Source: Terriglobia bacterium (GTDB lineage: Bacteria; Acidobacteriota; Terriglobia; Acidiferrales; UBA7541). Taken from it: DNA of 64,000 bases. Below, one piece after another: positions 28,715 through 37,652 of the stretch (positions within the stretch are counted from its first letter, which is position 1; every line of letters starts with the position of its first letter). The DNA is taken from the NCBI GenBank assembly GCA_963695545.1, contig OY968796.1:448001-512000 (forward strand), in the 5' to 3' direction. The position numbers were made by a program, and so were the translations under genes. Below the pieces are notes generated by a model. The model was given only the letters and a program-made list of their open reading frames with translations. It made no database searches and was not told the DNA's origin.

Positions 28715-28770
28715 CCCCTTGCACTTCGATGTGAGAGGCGGTATGCTCGTCCCCGTAGAAGTGCAAGGGG
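28715..28770 (+). promoter_or_regulatory. padR copy 2 promoter within a perfect 13-bp inverted repeat (putative auto-operators)
   Basis: TTGCAC 28719-28724, 17 nt, TATGCT 28742-28747; ccccttgcacttc 28715-28727 / gaagtgcaagggg 28758-28770. Confidence 0.65.
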
Positions 28771-28782
28771 GCAACACATCTC

Positions 28783-29115
28783 ATGGGCAACACTCGAATC
28801 GATCTCCCGCAGGGCACGCTCGATTTGCTAATCCTGAAAACTTTGGCGCTCGGGCCGCAGCACGGCTGGGCCATTTCGCAGCGCGTGCAGCAGATTTCGC
28901 GCGACGTTCTGCGCATTCAGGAAGGATCGCTCTATCCCGCGCTGCATCGCCTGGAGCGCCGCGGCTGGCTGAAGGCGCGCTGGGGCGCGTCGGAAAACAA
29001 TCGCCGCGCGAAATTTTACGAACTGACGAGCGCGGGCCGGAAACAGCTCGAAACCGAAAAAAGCGCCTGGCGGAAATTGACCGTGGCCGTCGGCCACGTT
29101 CTGGAAACAGCGTAG
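28783..29115 (+). CDS. PadR-family transcriptional regulator, acidobacterial type (copy 2)
   Basis: Identical to copy 1 except one residue (LTTAV vs LTVAV). Confidence 0.96.
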   Translation: MGNTRIDLPQGTLDLLILKTLALGPQHGWAISQRVQQISRDVLRIQEGSLYPALHRLERRGWLKARWGASENNRRAKFYELTSAGRKQLETEKSAWRKLTVAVGHVLETA

Positions 29116-29160
29116 CGCGGCGCGGCGATCGATCCGATGGAGGCGCTGCGTTACGAGTAG
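29116..29160 (+). pseudogene. C-terminal remnant of an ADOP/MacB-type permease
   Basis: Reads RGAAIDPMEALRYE* immediately after the padR2 stop; DPMxALRxE* is the typical C-terminus of these permeases. Confidence 0.8.
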
Positions 29161-29365
29161 CTCACAACGGCGCTCCGGGCGCGTCACACAGGAGTACAAT
29201 TCGCCCATCGGATCGGCTATGAACCTGAGAGATCGAGGAACAATATTGGAGCGTTTCGCGTACCACCATGTGCGCGCCTTGGGCATCACTGAGCCGGACG
29301 AACCGAAGCCGCCGCGAGCGCAATAGTTAGAGTTTGCCGAGGACCGCGAGGTTAAGAACGCCGTT

Positions 29366-30619
29366 ATGGACATCGCCAGACCAGAAGTCGCCCGCGCCAA
29401 GCGCATTCGCCGCATCGTATACGTCGGCGTAGCCATCGTGCTGCTGGGCGCAGTCACCGTGGGGCTTTCTCGTCTGAAGCCCGCGGCGCCCACCGTGGAT
29501 CGCACCACGATTTGGACCGGCACGGTGATGCGCGGCGATATGCTGCGCGAAGTGCGCGGCCTGGGCACGCTTGTGCCCGTGGACATCCGCTGGATCGCCG
29601 CGCAATCGAATGCCCGCGTGGATCGCATCGTGTTGCGTTCCGGCGCGCCAGTGAAAGCCGATTCGATCATCCTCGAGTTGAGCGATCCGCAGCTACAGGA
29701 CGACGCGCTCACCGCGGAATTCGATTTCAAGGGAGCGCAAGCCGATTACGACAATTTGAAGGTGCAGCTGAATACCGCGCTGATGCAGATCAAGGAAAAT
29801 CAGGCGGTGCTTCAGGGCACCTACGACCAGGACGCCTTGCAAGCCAAGACCGATCGGCAATTGGCGGATCAAGGCCTGAAGGCCGACGTGCTCGCCCAGC
29901 AATCGCAGATGAAAGCCGACGAGGACGCGAATGAACTAAAGATCGACAAAGAACGCCTGGCGATCACCGCCGATTCCAACACGGCGCAACTGCTCTCTCA
30001 AGCCGCGAAAGTGGATTCCGCGCGCGCCGTCTACGAGCTCAAGAAAAGCCAACTCGAGGCTCTGCACGTTCGCGCGGGCCTCAACGGCGTGCTCGAAGAC
30101 GTGCCGGTGGAAGAAGGACAGCAAGTGACCATCGGCATGAATCTGTGCCGCGTGGCCGATCCCACGCATCTGATGGCCACGATACAAGTGGCGGAAACGC
30201 AGGCCAAGGACGTGGCTCCGGGACAAAAGGCGCAGATCGATACGCGCAACGGCATCGTCTCCGGCCACGTGACGCGCGTGGACGCCGCGGTGGTCAACGG
30301 CACGGTCGACGTGGACATCACGCCCGATGGCCCGCTGCCGGCGGGGGCGCGCTCCGACCTGAGCGTCGAAGGCACGATCGAAATCGAAAATCTGCAGAAC
30401 ATTCTGTATGTTACGCTGCCGGTTCACGCCGAGCCCGACAGCACGGCGGGAGTTTTCAAGCTCATCGGCGATGGCGACGAAGCCGAGCGCGCGCAAGTGA
30501 AGTTCGGCCGCGCTTCGGTGAACACGATCGAAGTGCTCCAGGGATTGAACGAGGGCGATCAAATCGTCGTTTCGGATATGTCGGCCTGGGATGGAGTGGA
30601 TCGCGTGCGATTGAAATAG
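29366..30619 (+). CDS. Efflux periplasmic adaptor subunit (HlyD/MacA-like)
   Basis: N-terminal TM, V.RGDM.REVRG.G.LVP, coiled coil, VRA..NGVL...VEEGQ.V, IEVLQGL.EGD.IV. Confidence 0.92.
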   Translation: MDIARPEVARAKRIRRIVYVGVAIVLLGAVTVGLSRLKPAAPTVDRTTIWTGTVMRGDMLREVRGLGTLVPVDIRWIAAQSNARVDRIVLRSGAPVKADSIILELSDPQLQDDALTAEFDFKGAQADYDNLKVQLNTALMQIKENQAVLQGTYDQDALQAKTDRQLADQGLKADVLAQQSQMKADEDANELKIDKERLAITADSNTAQLLSQAAKVDSARAVYELKKSQLEALHVRAGLNGVLEDVPVEEGQQVTIGMNLCRVADPTHLMATIQVAETQAKDVAPGQKAQIDTRNGIVSGHVTRVDAAVVNGTVDVDITPDGPLPAGARSDLSVEGTIEIENLQNILYVTLPVHAEPDSTAGVFKLIGDGDEAERAQVKFGRASVNTIEVLQGLNEGDQIVVSDMSAWDGVDRVRLK

Positions 30620-30631
30620 CCAGGAGGAATT

Positions 30632-31357
30632 ATGGAATCGAACAGCGACGTTCTGATTCATCTCGAAGGCGTCACCAAGGTGTTCCTTACCGACGAGGTG
30701 GAAACGCACGCCCTCTCCGGAATTCAGCTTGAAATTCGCCGCGGCGAATTCGTTTCCATCGCCGGACCTTCCGGCTGCGGCAAATCGACGCTGCTTTCGA
30801 TACTTGGCCTGCTCGATTCTCCGAGCGACGGCAGCTACACGCTGAACGACCGCGCGGTGGCGCGCCTTTCGCTTTCCGAGCGCACGCGCATCCGCAACCG
30901 CGAGATCGGCTTCATTTTTCAGGCATTCAATTTGATCGGCGACCTAACAGTTTACGAGAATGTTGAACTTCCGCTGACTTATCGCGGCATGAGCGCGAGC
31001 GAGCGCAAGCAGCGCGTGGAGCAGGCGCTTGAGAAAGTCGCCATGGCGCATCGCATGAAGCATTACCCATCGCAGCTTTCCGGAGGCCAGCAGCAGCGCG
31101 TGGCCGTGGCGCGCGCGCTGGTCGGCGAACCTTCGATCCTGCTGGCCGACGAGCCCACCGGAAACCTCGACTCCAAAAACGGCGAAGCGGTGATGGAACT
31201 GTTGCACGATCTGAATCGCCAGGGCGCGACGTTGTGCATGGTCACGCACGATCCGCGTTACGCGGCGACCGCCAGCCGCAACATTCACTTGTTCGACGGC
31301 CGCATCGTCGAGCCCGACTTCGAGGACACCACGTCGAGCGTCGGCGCCCACCCGTGA
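30632..31357 (+). CDS. LolD/MacB-type ABC ATP-binding protein
   Basis: GPSGCGKST, LSGGQQQR, LADEPTGNLD, VTHD. Confidence 0.96.
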   Translation: MESNSDVLIHLEGVTKVFLTDEVETHALSGIQLEIRRGEFVSIAGPSGCGKSTLLSILGLLDSPSDGSYTLNDRAVARLSLSERTRIRNREIGFIFQAFNLIGDLTVYENVELPLTYRGMSASERKQRVEQALEKVAMAHRMKHYPSQLSGGQQQRVAVARALVGEPSILLADEPTGNLDSKNGEAVMELLHDLNRQGATLCMVTHDPRYAATASRNIHLFDGRIVEPDFEDTTSSVGAHP

Positions 31358-32040
31358 TCAAACTCGCCGACGTCGAAAAATACTACGAGTCCGGCGTCGG
31401 CAAGACCTGGGTGCTGCGCCGCATCGGCCTTGAAATCCGCGACGGCGAATTCGTCACCATCATGGGGCCTTCGGGCGCCGGCAAATCCACGCTGATGGGC
31501 ATCATCGGCATGCTCGACGGCGCGTGGAAAGGCGAATATTTCCTCGACGATTACGCCGTGCATCGCCTGGATATGCGCCGCCGCGTCGAGCTGCACAAGC
31601 AATACATCGGCTTCGTCTTCCAGCAGTATCATCTGCTCGACAATCTGACCGTCGCCGAAAATCTCGATTTGCCGCTCTCCTATCGCAACATCAAAAAAGC
31701 GGAACGCGCCGGAATGGTCGCCGACGTTCTCGACCGCTTTCAAATCGTCGCCAAGCAATCCCTGTTCCCCAATCAGCTTTCCGGCGGCCAGCAGCAATTG
31801 GTGGCCGTGGCACGCGCCGTGATCAACTCGCCGAAGCTGATTCTGGCCGACGAGCCGACCGGCAGCCTGCACACCAGCCAAGGCAAAATGATCATGGACT
31901 TGCTGAAGAAATTGAACGACGAAGGAACCACCATCATCCAAGTGACGCACAATGACGCGTGGGCCGCTTACGGCAATCGCACCATTCAACTCGCCGACGG
32001 CTGGCTGGTGAACAACAACGTCCGCGCGGGCGCCGCTTAG
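31354..32040 (+). CDS. Second LolD/MacB-type ABC ATP-binding protein
   Basis: [31 protein letters not shown] overlap with the previous gene. Confidence 0.95.
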   Translation: MIKLADVEKYYESGVGKTWVLRRIGLEIRDGEFVTIMGPSGAGKSTLMGIIGMLDGAWKGEYFLDDYAVHRLDMRRRVELHKQYIGFVFQQYHLLDNLTVAENLDLPLSYRNIKKAERAGMVADVLDRFQIVAKQSLFPNQLSGGQQQLVAVARAVINSPKLILADEPTGSLHTSQGKMIMDLLKKLNDEGTTIIQVTHNDAWAAYGNRTIQLADGWLVNNNVRAGAA

Positions 32041-32047
32041 CTCCGCT

Positions 32048-32746
32048 GTGGAATCACTGCGCGTTCTCGAACTCGAAAACGAAATCATTGCTTGCCGAAA
32101 ATGCCCGCGCCTGGTGCGATATCGCGAGGAAGTGGCGCGCGTGAAGCGGCGCGCATTCCGCGATCAAACTTATTGGGGCCGTCCCGTGCCCGGCTTCGGC
32201 GATCCGCGCGCGAAACTTTTCATTCTCGGCCTTGCGCCCGCCGCGCACGGCGCAAATCGCACGGGCCGAGTTTTCACCGGGGATCGCTCGGGCGATTTTC
32301 TCTATCGCGAACTGTGGCGCGCGGGTTTCGCGAATCAGCCCGAATCGCGGCAGCGCGACGACGGCCTGAAGCTAGAGAACGCATTCATCTCGGCAACGGT
32401 CCGCTGCGCTCCGCCGCAAAACAAACCGCTGCCAGAAGAAATTCGCAATTGCACTCCGTATCTCGAAGCCGAATTGGATCTGCTGCGCCCGCGCGCGGTT
32501 CTGGCTCTCGGGCGCATCGCGTTCGACGGCTATTTGCGCATCCTGAAACAGAGGGGCGCAATTCCCCGAACATCGAAATTTCAATTTTCTCACGGCGCGA
32601 GCTTCCGGCTGCCCAATTCGCTGCCGCGCCTCTACGCCTCCTACCACCCCAGCCAGCAAAACACGCAGACCGGCGTGCTCACGCCGGCGATGATGGCGAG
32701 TGTGCTGCGGAAAATTCGCAAGTTTTTGAATCGCGACGAATCGTGA
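32048..32746 (+). CDS. udgB: Uracil-DNA glycosylase family 5 (UdgB-like, Fe-S)
   Basis: CRKCPRL, YWGRPVPGFGD, GLAPAAHGANRTGRVFTGD, RCAPP.NKP, YHPSQQNT. Confidence 0.93.
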   Translation: MESLRVLELENEIIACRKCPRLVRYREEVARVKRRAFRDQTYWGRPVPGFGDPRAKLFILGLAPAAHGANRTGRVFTGDRSGDFLYRELWRAGFANQPESRQRDDGLKLENAFISATVRCAPPQNKPLPEEIRNCTPYLEAELDLLRPRAVLALGRIAFDGYLRILKQRGAIPRTSKFQFSHGASFRLPNSLPRLYASYHPSQQNTQTGVLTPAMMASVLRKIRKFLNRDES

Positions 32747-32769
32747 CAGGCACAGCGGGCGTGAAAAAT

Positions 32770-33906
32770 CTAATGCGTGGCTGATTCGTCTTCGTGGGTA
32801 ACGATGTGCACGTCCACAGCGGGCGCTTCGCGCAGGAAGCGATGCACGGCCGTGAGGTATAGGAATCGCCGCCAGCCCTTCACCGCCGTGCGCCCAAAAA
32901 TCACCTGCGTGATGCGTTTTTCGCGCACGAGTTCCGCGACGGCGTGGGCCACACTGCGCCCGCGCGCGCGCACCACAATCGCGCCGAGGTCCTGAGCGAA
33001 CTGCAGGTTCGCCGCGAGCGACCGCTGATTCTCGGGCGTTTCGCCGGCCTTCAATTCCACGTAGACCACATAGAATTCCGCATCCAGGCGCCGCGCCATC
33101 CGGGCGGCGCGCGCGATCACGTATTGCCCCGCTGGATTCGAGCTGATGCAGACGGCCAGCCGCTCTCGCACGGCCCAGTTATCTTCGATGGCCTTCGCGT
33201 CCATGTAGGACCCGAGGCTGCGGTCCACATGTTCGGCCACTTGACGCAGCGCGAGCTCGCGCAAGGCGATCAAATTTCCCGCGCGAAAGAAATTCCCCAG
33301 CGCCTGACTCACTTTTTCCGTGCTGTAAACGTCGCCGCGCTTGAGGCGATTCTGCAGCGCCTCCGGCGTCAAATCCACCATCACGGTTTCCGTCGCCAGC
33401 AGCGGCACCCAATCGGGCACGGTTTCGCGCACGGTGATTCCGGTGATTGAGCGCACCGTCGGCGCCGCACTTTCAAGATGCTGAATGTTCATCGTGGAGA
33501 GCACGTCGATCTTGGCTTGCAGTATTTCCTGCACGTCTTCGTAGCGCTTGCGGTGCTTGCTGCCCGGAATATTCGTGTGCGCGAGTTCATCCACCAGCAC
33601 CACCGCGGGGCGCCGCGCGATGATCGCGTCCACGTCCATCTCCTCGAAGATTGTTCCTTTGTATTCGATCTTTCGCCGCGGAACGGTCTCGAGTTGCTCC
33701 GCCAGCTCGAGCGTGGCTTTCCGCCCGTGCGTTTCGACCACGCCGATCACCACGTCCTCGCCGCGCGCGTGCCGACGGATGCCTTCGCCCAGCATCGCGA
33801 AGGTTTTGCCCACTCCCGGCGCGTAGCCGAGGAACAGTTTGAACGCGCCCTGGGTTTTTTCCGACGGCGCGGCTACTTCCAACCAATCTTCAGGACGCTT
33901 GGTCAT
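32770..33906 (-). CDS. kdpD: Stand-alone KdpD N-terminal domain plus Usp domain
   Basis: KLFLGYAPGVGKT, VETHGR, VDELAHTN.PGS.H.KRYEDV, NIQHLES, VRETVPD, FF..GNL.ALRELALR; C-terminal Usp-like domain; no TM or kinase. Confidence 0.93.
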   Translation of the reverse strand: MTKRPEDWLEVAAPSEKTQGAFKLFLGYAPGVGKTFAMLGEGIRRHARGEDVVIGVVETHGRKATLELAEQLETVPRRKIEYKGTIFEEMDVDAIIARRPAVVLVDELAHTNIPGSKHRKRYEDVQEILQAKIDVLSTMNIQHLESAAPTVRSITGITVRETVPDWVPLLATETVMVDLTPEALQNRLKRGDVYSTEKVSQALGNFFRAGNLIALRELALRQVAEHVDRSLGSYMDAKAIEDNWAVRERLAVCISSNPAGQYVIARAARMARRLDAEFYVVYVELKAGETPENQRSLAANLQFAQDLGAIVVRARGRSVAHAVAELVREKRITQVIFGRTAVKGWRRFLYLTAVHRFLREAPAVDVHIVTHEDESATH

Positions 33907-33970
33907 CGGCGGATCTTTCGGTATCGACTCCTCTAGGCAAATGCGGCGACTGGGCTACAATGCTGGCATC

Positions 33971-35428
33971 GTGACGCTGCGTATTCTGATTCGAGCGCTC
34001 CGCCTGGCTTTGGCGCTCGCTGTCGTCTGCGGGATCACCGCATTCTATCGCCACGTTTTCCCGGCCAACCCCACAACGATCGCGCTCACGTTTCTGCTGG
34101 GGATTTTAGCAGTTTCCGCGGCTTGGGGTTTCGCCGTTTCGGCTTTCATGTCCGTCGCGGCCATGCTGGCCTTCAATTACTTTTTCCTTCCGCCCATTGG
34201 AACCTTCACCGTGGCCGACCCGCAGAACTGGGCCGCCCTTTTCGCCTTTCTGGCCACCGCGCTGATTTCAAGCCAGCTTTCCACGCGCATGCGCCAGCAA
34301 GCCGACGAAGCCCAGCGCCGCCGCCGCGAAGCCGAGCGCCTTTACGCGTTCAGCCGCCGCCTGCTGGTCTCCGGCAACGTGATCACGCTGCTGAACGCCA
34401 TCCCGCGCCATATTATCGAAACGTTTGAGATGGGCGCCGTGGCCCTTTATCTGCGCGACAAACAAAAATTTTATCGCGCAGGCACGCTTGCCAATCTCGA
34501 CGACGAAGAAATGCGCCGCGTCACTGAGCGCCAGGAACCCGTGATCGACACCGCCCGCAGCCTCTCGTTCGTTCCCGTACTGATCGGCACCAAGCCGATC
34601 GGAAGTCTCGGTCTCTCCGGCCAATTGCTTTCTCGCGAAACCCTCGTGGCCATGGGCACGCTCACCGGCATCGCCATCGAGCGCGTGCGCGCCGTCGAAG
34701 AACTCGGCAAGACCGAGGCCGCGCGCGAAGGCGAGCGCCTGAAATCCGCACTGCTCGATTCCATCACGCATGATTTCCGCACGCCGCTCACTTCGATCAA
34801 AGCTTCCGTCACCAGCCTGCTCTCCGCGCCGCCATCCACTGCTCCTCCCTCGCGCGAATTGCTCGCCGTAATCAACGAAGAATGTGATCGCCTGAATCAG
34901 CTTGTCGGCGACGCTGCCGAAATGGCGCGCCTTGACGCCGGCGAATTCGAGCTCGATGCCGGCCCGCACGAACTCTCCGCAATCGTGCGCGCCGCGCTTG
35001 ACCAGTGCCGCAGCGTCCTCGGCGATCGCCCCGTGATCGTCGAGCTGCCGTCCAATCTTCCGCCCGTGCAAGCCGACGCCGCGCGCATCAAGGACGTCCT
35101 CGTGCGCCTGGTCGAAAACGCCGACGCATATTCGCCGAAGGATCGGCCCATCACCATCTCCGCCGAAGTGAACTACAATCTCGTCATCACTTCCGTCGCC
35201 GACCGCGGCCCCGGAATCGAAGAAGTCGAACAGGCGCTGATCTTCGACAAATTCTATCGCGGCCGCAACCAGCGCTACCTCGTGCAAGGAACCGGAATGG
35301 GTCTGCCCATCGCCAAAGCCATCATCGAAGCGCACGGCGGCACTCTCGGCGTCACCAGCCAGGTCGGCCACGGCTCGGTGTTTTTCTTCACGCTGCCCAT
35401 CGCGCGCGCCGGGGTGGCTTACGCATGA
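33971..35428 (+). CDS. kdpD: KdpD C-terminal half: 4-TM (DUF4118-like), GAF-like and histidine kinase
   Basis: FNYFFLPP.GTF, SITHDFRTPLTSI (phospho-His), VENA, DRGPGI, FDKFYRG, GTGMGL. Confidence 0.92.
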   Translation: MTLRILIRALRLALALAVVCGITAFYRHVFPANPTTIALTFLLGILAVSAAWGFAVSAFMSVAAMLAFNYFFLPPIGTFTVADPQNWAALFAFLATALISSQLSTRMRQQADEAQRRRREAERLYAFSRRLLVSGNVITLLNAIPRHIIETFEMGAVALYLRDKQKFYRAGTLANLDDEEMRRVTERQEPVIDTARSLSFVPVLIGTKPIGSLGLSGQLLSRETLVAMGTLTGIAIERVRAVEELGKTEAAREGERLKSALLDSITHDFRTPLTSIKASVTSLLSAPPSTAPPSRELLAVINEECDRLNQLVGDAAEMARLDAGEFELDAGPHELSAIVRAALDQCRSVLGDRPVIVELPSNLPPVQADAARIKDVLVRLVENADAYSPKDRPITISAEVNYNLVITSVADRGPGIEEVEQALIFDKFYRGRNQRYLVQGTGMGLPIAKAIIEAHGGTLGVTSQVGHGSVFFFTLPIARAGVAYA

Positions 35429-36144
35429 AGTCCGCAAAAATCCTGATCGTCGACGATGAATTGCAGATTCGCCGCGTGCTGCGCGCCACACTCACCGCGC
35501 AAGGCTACACCACGCTCGAAGCCAAGAACGGCATCGAAGGCATCGAAGTCGCGCGGCGCGAACGCCCCGATCTGATCTTGCTGGACATGAATCTCCCCGA
35601 AATGGACGGCCTCGCGACTTGCCGCGAGCTGCGCTCCAGCTCCGACGTCCCCATCCTCATGCTCACCGTGCGCGACGCCGAAAAAGACAAAGTGCGCGCG
35701 CTCGATGCCGGCGCCGACGACTACGTCGTCAAACCGTTCGGCATCGAAGAATTGCTCGCGCGCATTCGCGCCGCGCTGCGCCGCACTTCTTCATCCGAGG
35801 CCGCCGATGTCGCTGTGGTCTCCAAAGCATTGAACATCGATTTCGCCGCCCGCACCGTCACCCTGCGCGGCGGCAAAGCCGTGCACCTCACGCCGAAAGA
35901 ATTCGATCTGCTCCACGTGCTCGTGCAGAATCAAGGCAAGCCCATCTCGCATCGCCGCCTCTTGCAAGCCGTCTGGGGACCCGACAGCGGCGAACAAACC
36001 GAATATCTCCGCGTGGTCGTCAACCAGCTCCGCAAAAAAATTGAGAAGGACCCCTCCAAGCCAGATCTCATCCGCACTGAGCCTTGGGTCGGCTACCGCT
36101 TCGTGCTCCCCGCCGACGCAAAAATCCGCAGCGCCACTCCGTAA
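35425..36144 (+). CDS. kdpE: KdpE-like OmpR-family response regulator
   Basis: IVDDE.QIRR, LLDMNLPEMDG, ALDAGADDYVVKPFG, HLTPKEF, VWG...YLRV...QLRKKIE.DP..P..I.TEPWVGYRF; ATGA overlap with the kinase. Confidence 0.93.
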   Translation: MKSAKILIVDDELQIRRVLRATLTAQGYTTLEAKNGIEGIEVARRERPDLILLDMNLPEMDGLATCRELRSSSDVPILMLTVRDAEKDKVRALDAGADDYVVKPFGIEELLARIRAALRRTSSSEAADVAVVSKALNIDFAARTVTLRGGKAVHLTPKEFDLLHVLVQNQGKPISHRRLLQAVWGPDSGEQTEYLRVVVNQLRKKIEKDPSKPDLIRTEPWVGYRFVLPADAKIRSATP

Positions 36145-36377
36145 CACGCCAATAAGCCGCAAATTTTCCTGCGAACAACGCGAGGCGCCGCGGCACCGTT
36201 CATCTTCAAAATTGCCGTTTTTGGTTCTTTCCGTGCGTGCCCCATGTCCGCCTGAACGGGAAGAGTGGGATTTTGCGCGCCGATGTCCGTAACGATACAG
36301 ACTCGATTCCGCGATCGCACTAAGATGCTCTCGAAGTTCGCGCGCGCGAGTCGGCGCGAATCGAGAGGACACTTTTA

Positions 36378-36530
36378 ATGCTTCTACTACTCATCGTTCT
36401 ATTGTTGTTGTTCGGCGGGGGCGGCGGCTATTACGGCTATTCCCGTTGGGGATCGAGCGGAGGATTCGGCATCGTCGGAACCGTTGTGCTGGTCGCGGTC
36501 GTCTTGTACTTCGTCGGCTGGTTGCGTTGA
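36378..36530 (+). CDS. Small 2-TM Gly-rich membrane protein (DUF3309-like), below the ORF-track cutoff
   Basis: MLLLLIVLLLLFGGGGGYYGYSRWGSSGGFGIVGTVVLVAVVLYFVGWLR; GAGGA RBS. Confidence 0.85.
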   Translation: MLLLLIVLLLLFGGGGGYYGYSRWGSSGGFGIVGTVVLVAVVLYFVGWLR

Positions 36531-36547
36531 ACTCCGGTAATGACTCT

Positions 36548-36727
36548 ATGAGACACGGCGCTCAGGACGAGGCAAAAGGAACATTCCACGCACTAAAGGG
36601 CGCGGTAAAGCAAAAGGCCGGACGCGCTCTCAACAAGCCCGGCCTCGAAGCCGAAGGCCAAGTCGAAAAAATCGGCGGCAAACTCCAGAAGAAACTCGGC
36701 CAAGTCGAACGCGCCCTCCGAAAATAG
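36548..36727 (+). CDS. CsbD-family stress protein
   Basis: DEAKG.....KGAVKQKAG......LEAEGQ.EK..GK.QKK.GQ. Confidence 0.88.
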   Translation: MRHGAQDEAKGTFHALKGAVKQKAGRALNKPGLEAEGQVEKIGGKLQKKLGQVERALRK

Positions 36728-36796
36728 CGTCAGCAGATCTGTCGGCTCACGCGGCGATACCGCCCGCCGCCGTCGAGCATAAGATAAGATAACGGG

Positions 36797-37450
36797 ATGC
36801 TCGCAGGCCAAGGTATCGCCACGCTCGTTTCGATCTCTGCGCGAAGCGTGCGCCGCTGGCTGCTCAGCTTCGGCGGCATCGGCTTAATTCCACTGGCCCT
36901 GCTCGACAATTCTCCGATTCCAATTCCCGGCGCTATGGATGTGGCCACGATCGTCCTGGCCGCGCGTCAGCCGCAGTGGTGGCTTTACTACGCCGTGATG
37001 GCCACGCTCGGTTCGCTCTTGGGCGGTTATCTTACCTACCGCCTCGCGCGTCGAGGAGGCCAGGCAGCGCTCGAGCGCAGATTCTCGCGCCGCCGAGTCG
37101 CGGAAGTGACTAAGATCTTCGCGCGATGGGGTTTCGGCTCGATCGCGATTCCGGCTTTGCTGCCGCCGCCGATGCCCATGGTTCCCTTCGTGTTCGCTGC
37201 CGGCGCCATGCAATATCCGGCTAAAAAATTCCTGGCTGCCCTCACCGTCGGCCGAACGATCCGGTATTTTCTCCTGGCCTATCTCGCCGCACAGTACGGA
37301 CGCCACATCATCGCGATAATCGTCAAACATGGTCATCCCTACCTCGTCGGCGTAATCCTGGCCGCGATCGCCGTCGCCTTCGCCGTTTTCTACTTCTGGC
37401 CCGGAACCTGGCGCAAGCCTCGCACTCGTACCTCGCCCCAGCGCTCCTAA
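36797..37450 (+). CDS. DedA/YqaA (VTT domain) membrane protein
   Basis: LDNSPIP.P, ATLGSLLGG..TY.LAR.GG, LLPPPMP, ALTVGRTIRY. Confidence 0.88.
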   Translation: MLAGQGIATLVSISARSVRRWLLSFGGIGLIPLALLDNSPIPIPGAMDVATIVLAARQPQWWLYYAVMATLGSLLGGYLTYRLARRGGQAALERRFSRRRVAEVTKIFARWGFGSIAIPALLPPPMPMVPFVFAAGAMQYPAKKFLAALTVGRTIRYFLLAYLAAQYGRHIIAIIVKHGHPYLVGVILAAIAVAFAVFYFWPGTWRKPRTRTSPQRS

Positions 37451-37473
37451 ATCCCGACGATCTCCTCAATTTT

Positions 37474-37633
37474 CAGCCCCGTAGGGGGCGCCACAACCGA
37501 GCCGCGCCCGCTCGCCAGTGTTTTTTCCGAGTAAACCCCGAGCTCGCGTCGCACAGGTTTTCGTAGCGGAGGCCTTTAAGCCTCCGTTCTGCTTGTACAC
37601 AGCAAAGCCTTAAATCCCGAAGACTTCCGCTAG
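37474..37633. repeat. REP-like palindromes, including a degenerate GTAG-type REP pair
   Basis: cagccccgtagggggcg 37474-37490 (reverse complement of the 20.5-kb REP); gtag-cggaggc-ctttaa-gcctccg 37563-37586; degenerate inverted partner gacttccgctag 37622-37633. Confidence 0.6.
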
Positions 37634-37652
37634 AAACCAAAACGCACGTCGC

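Noticed and set aside
26470..29160. Integron or prophage att-site explanation for the duplication
   Set aside because: No integrase, no recognisable attC with GTTRRRY core pairs and no phage genes; the repeats are host promoter and gene sequence
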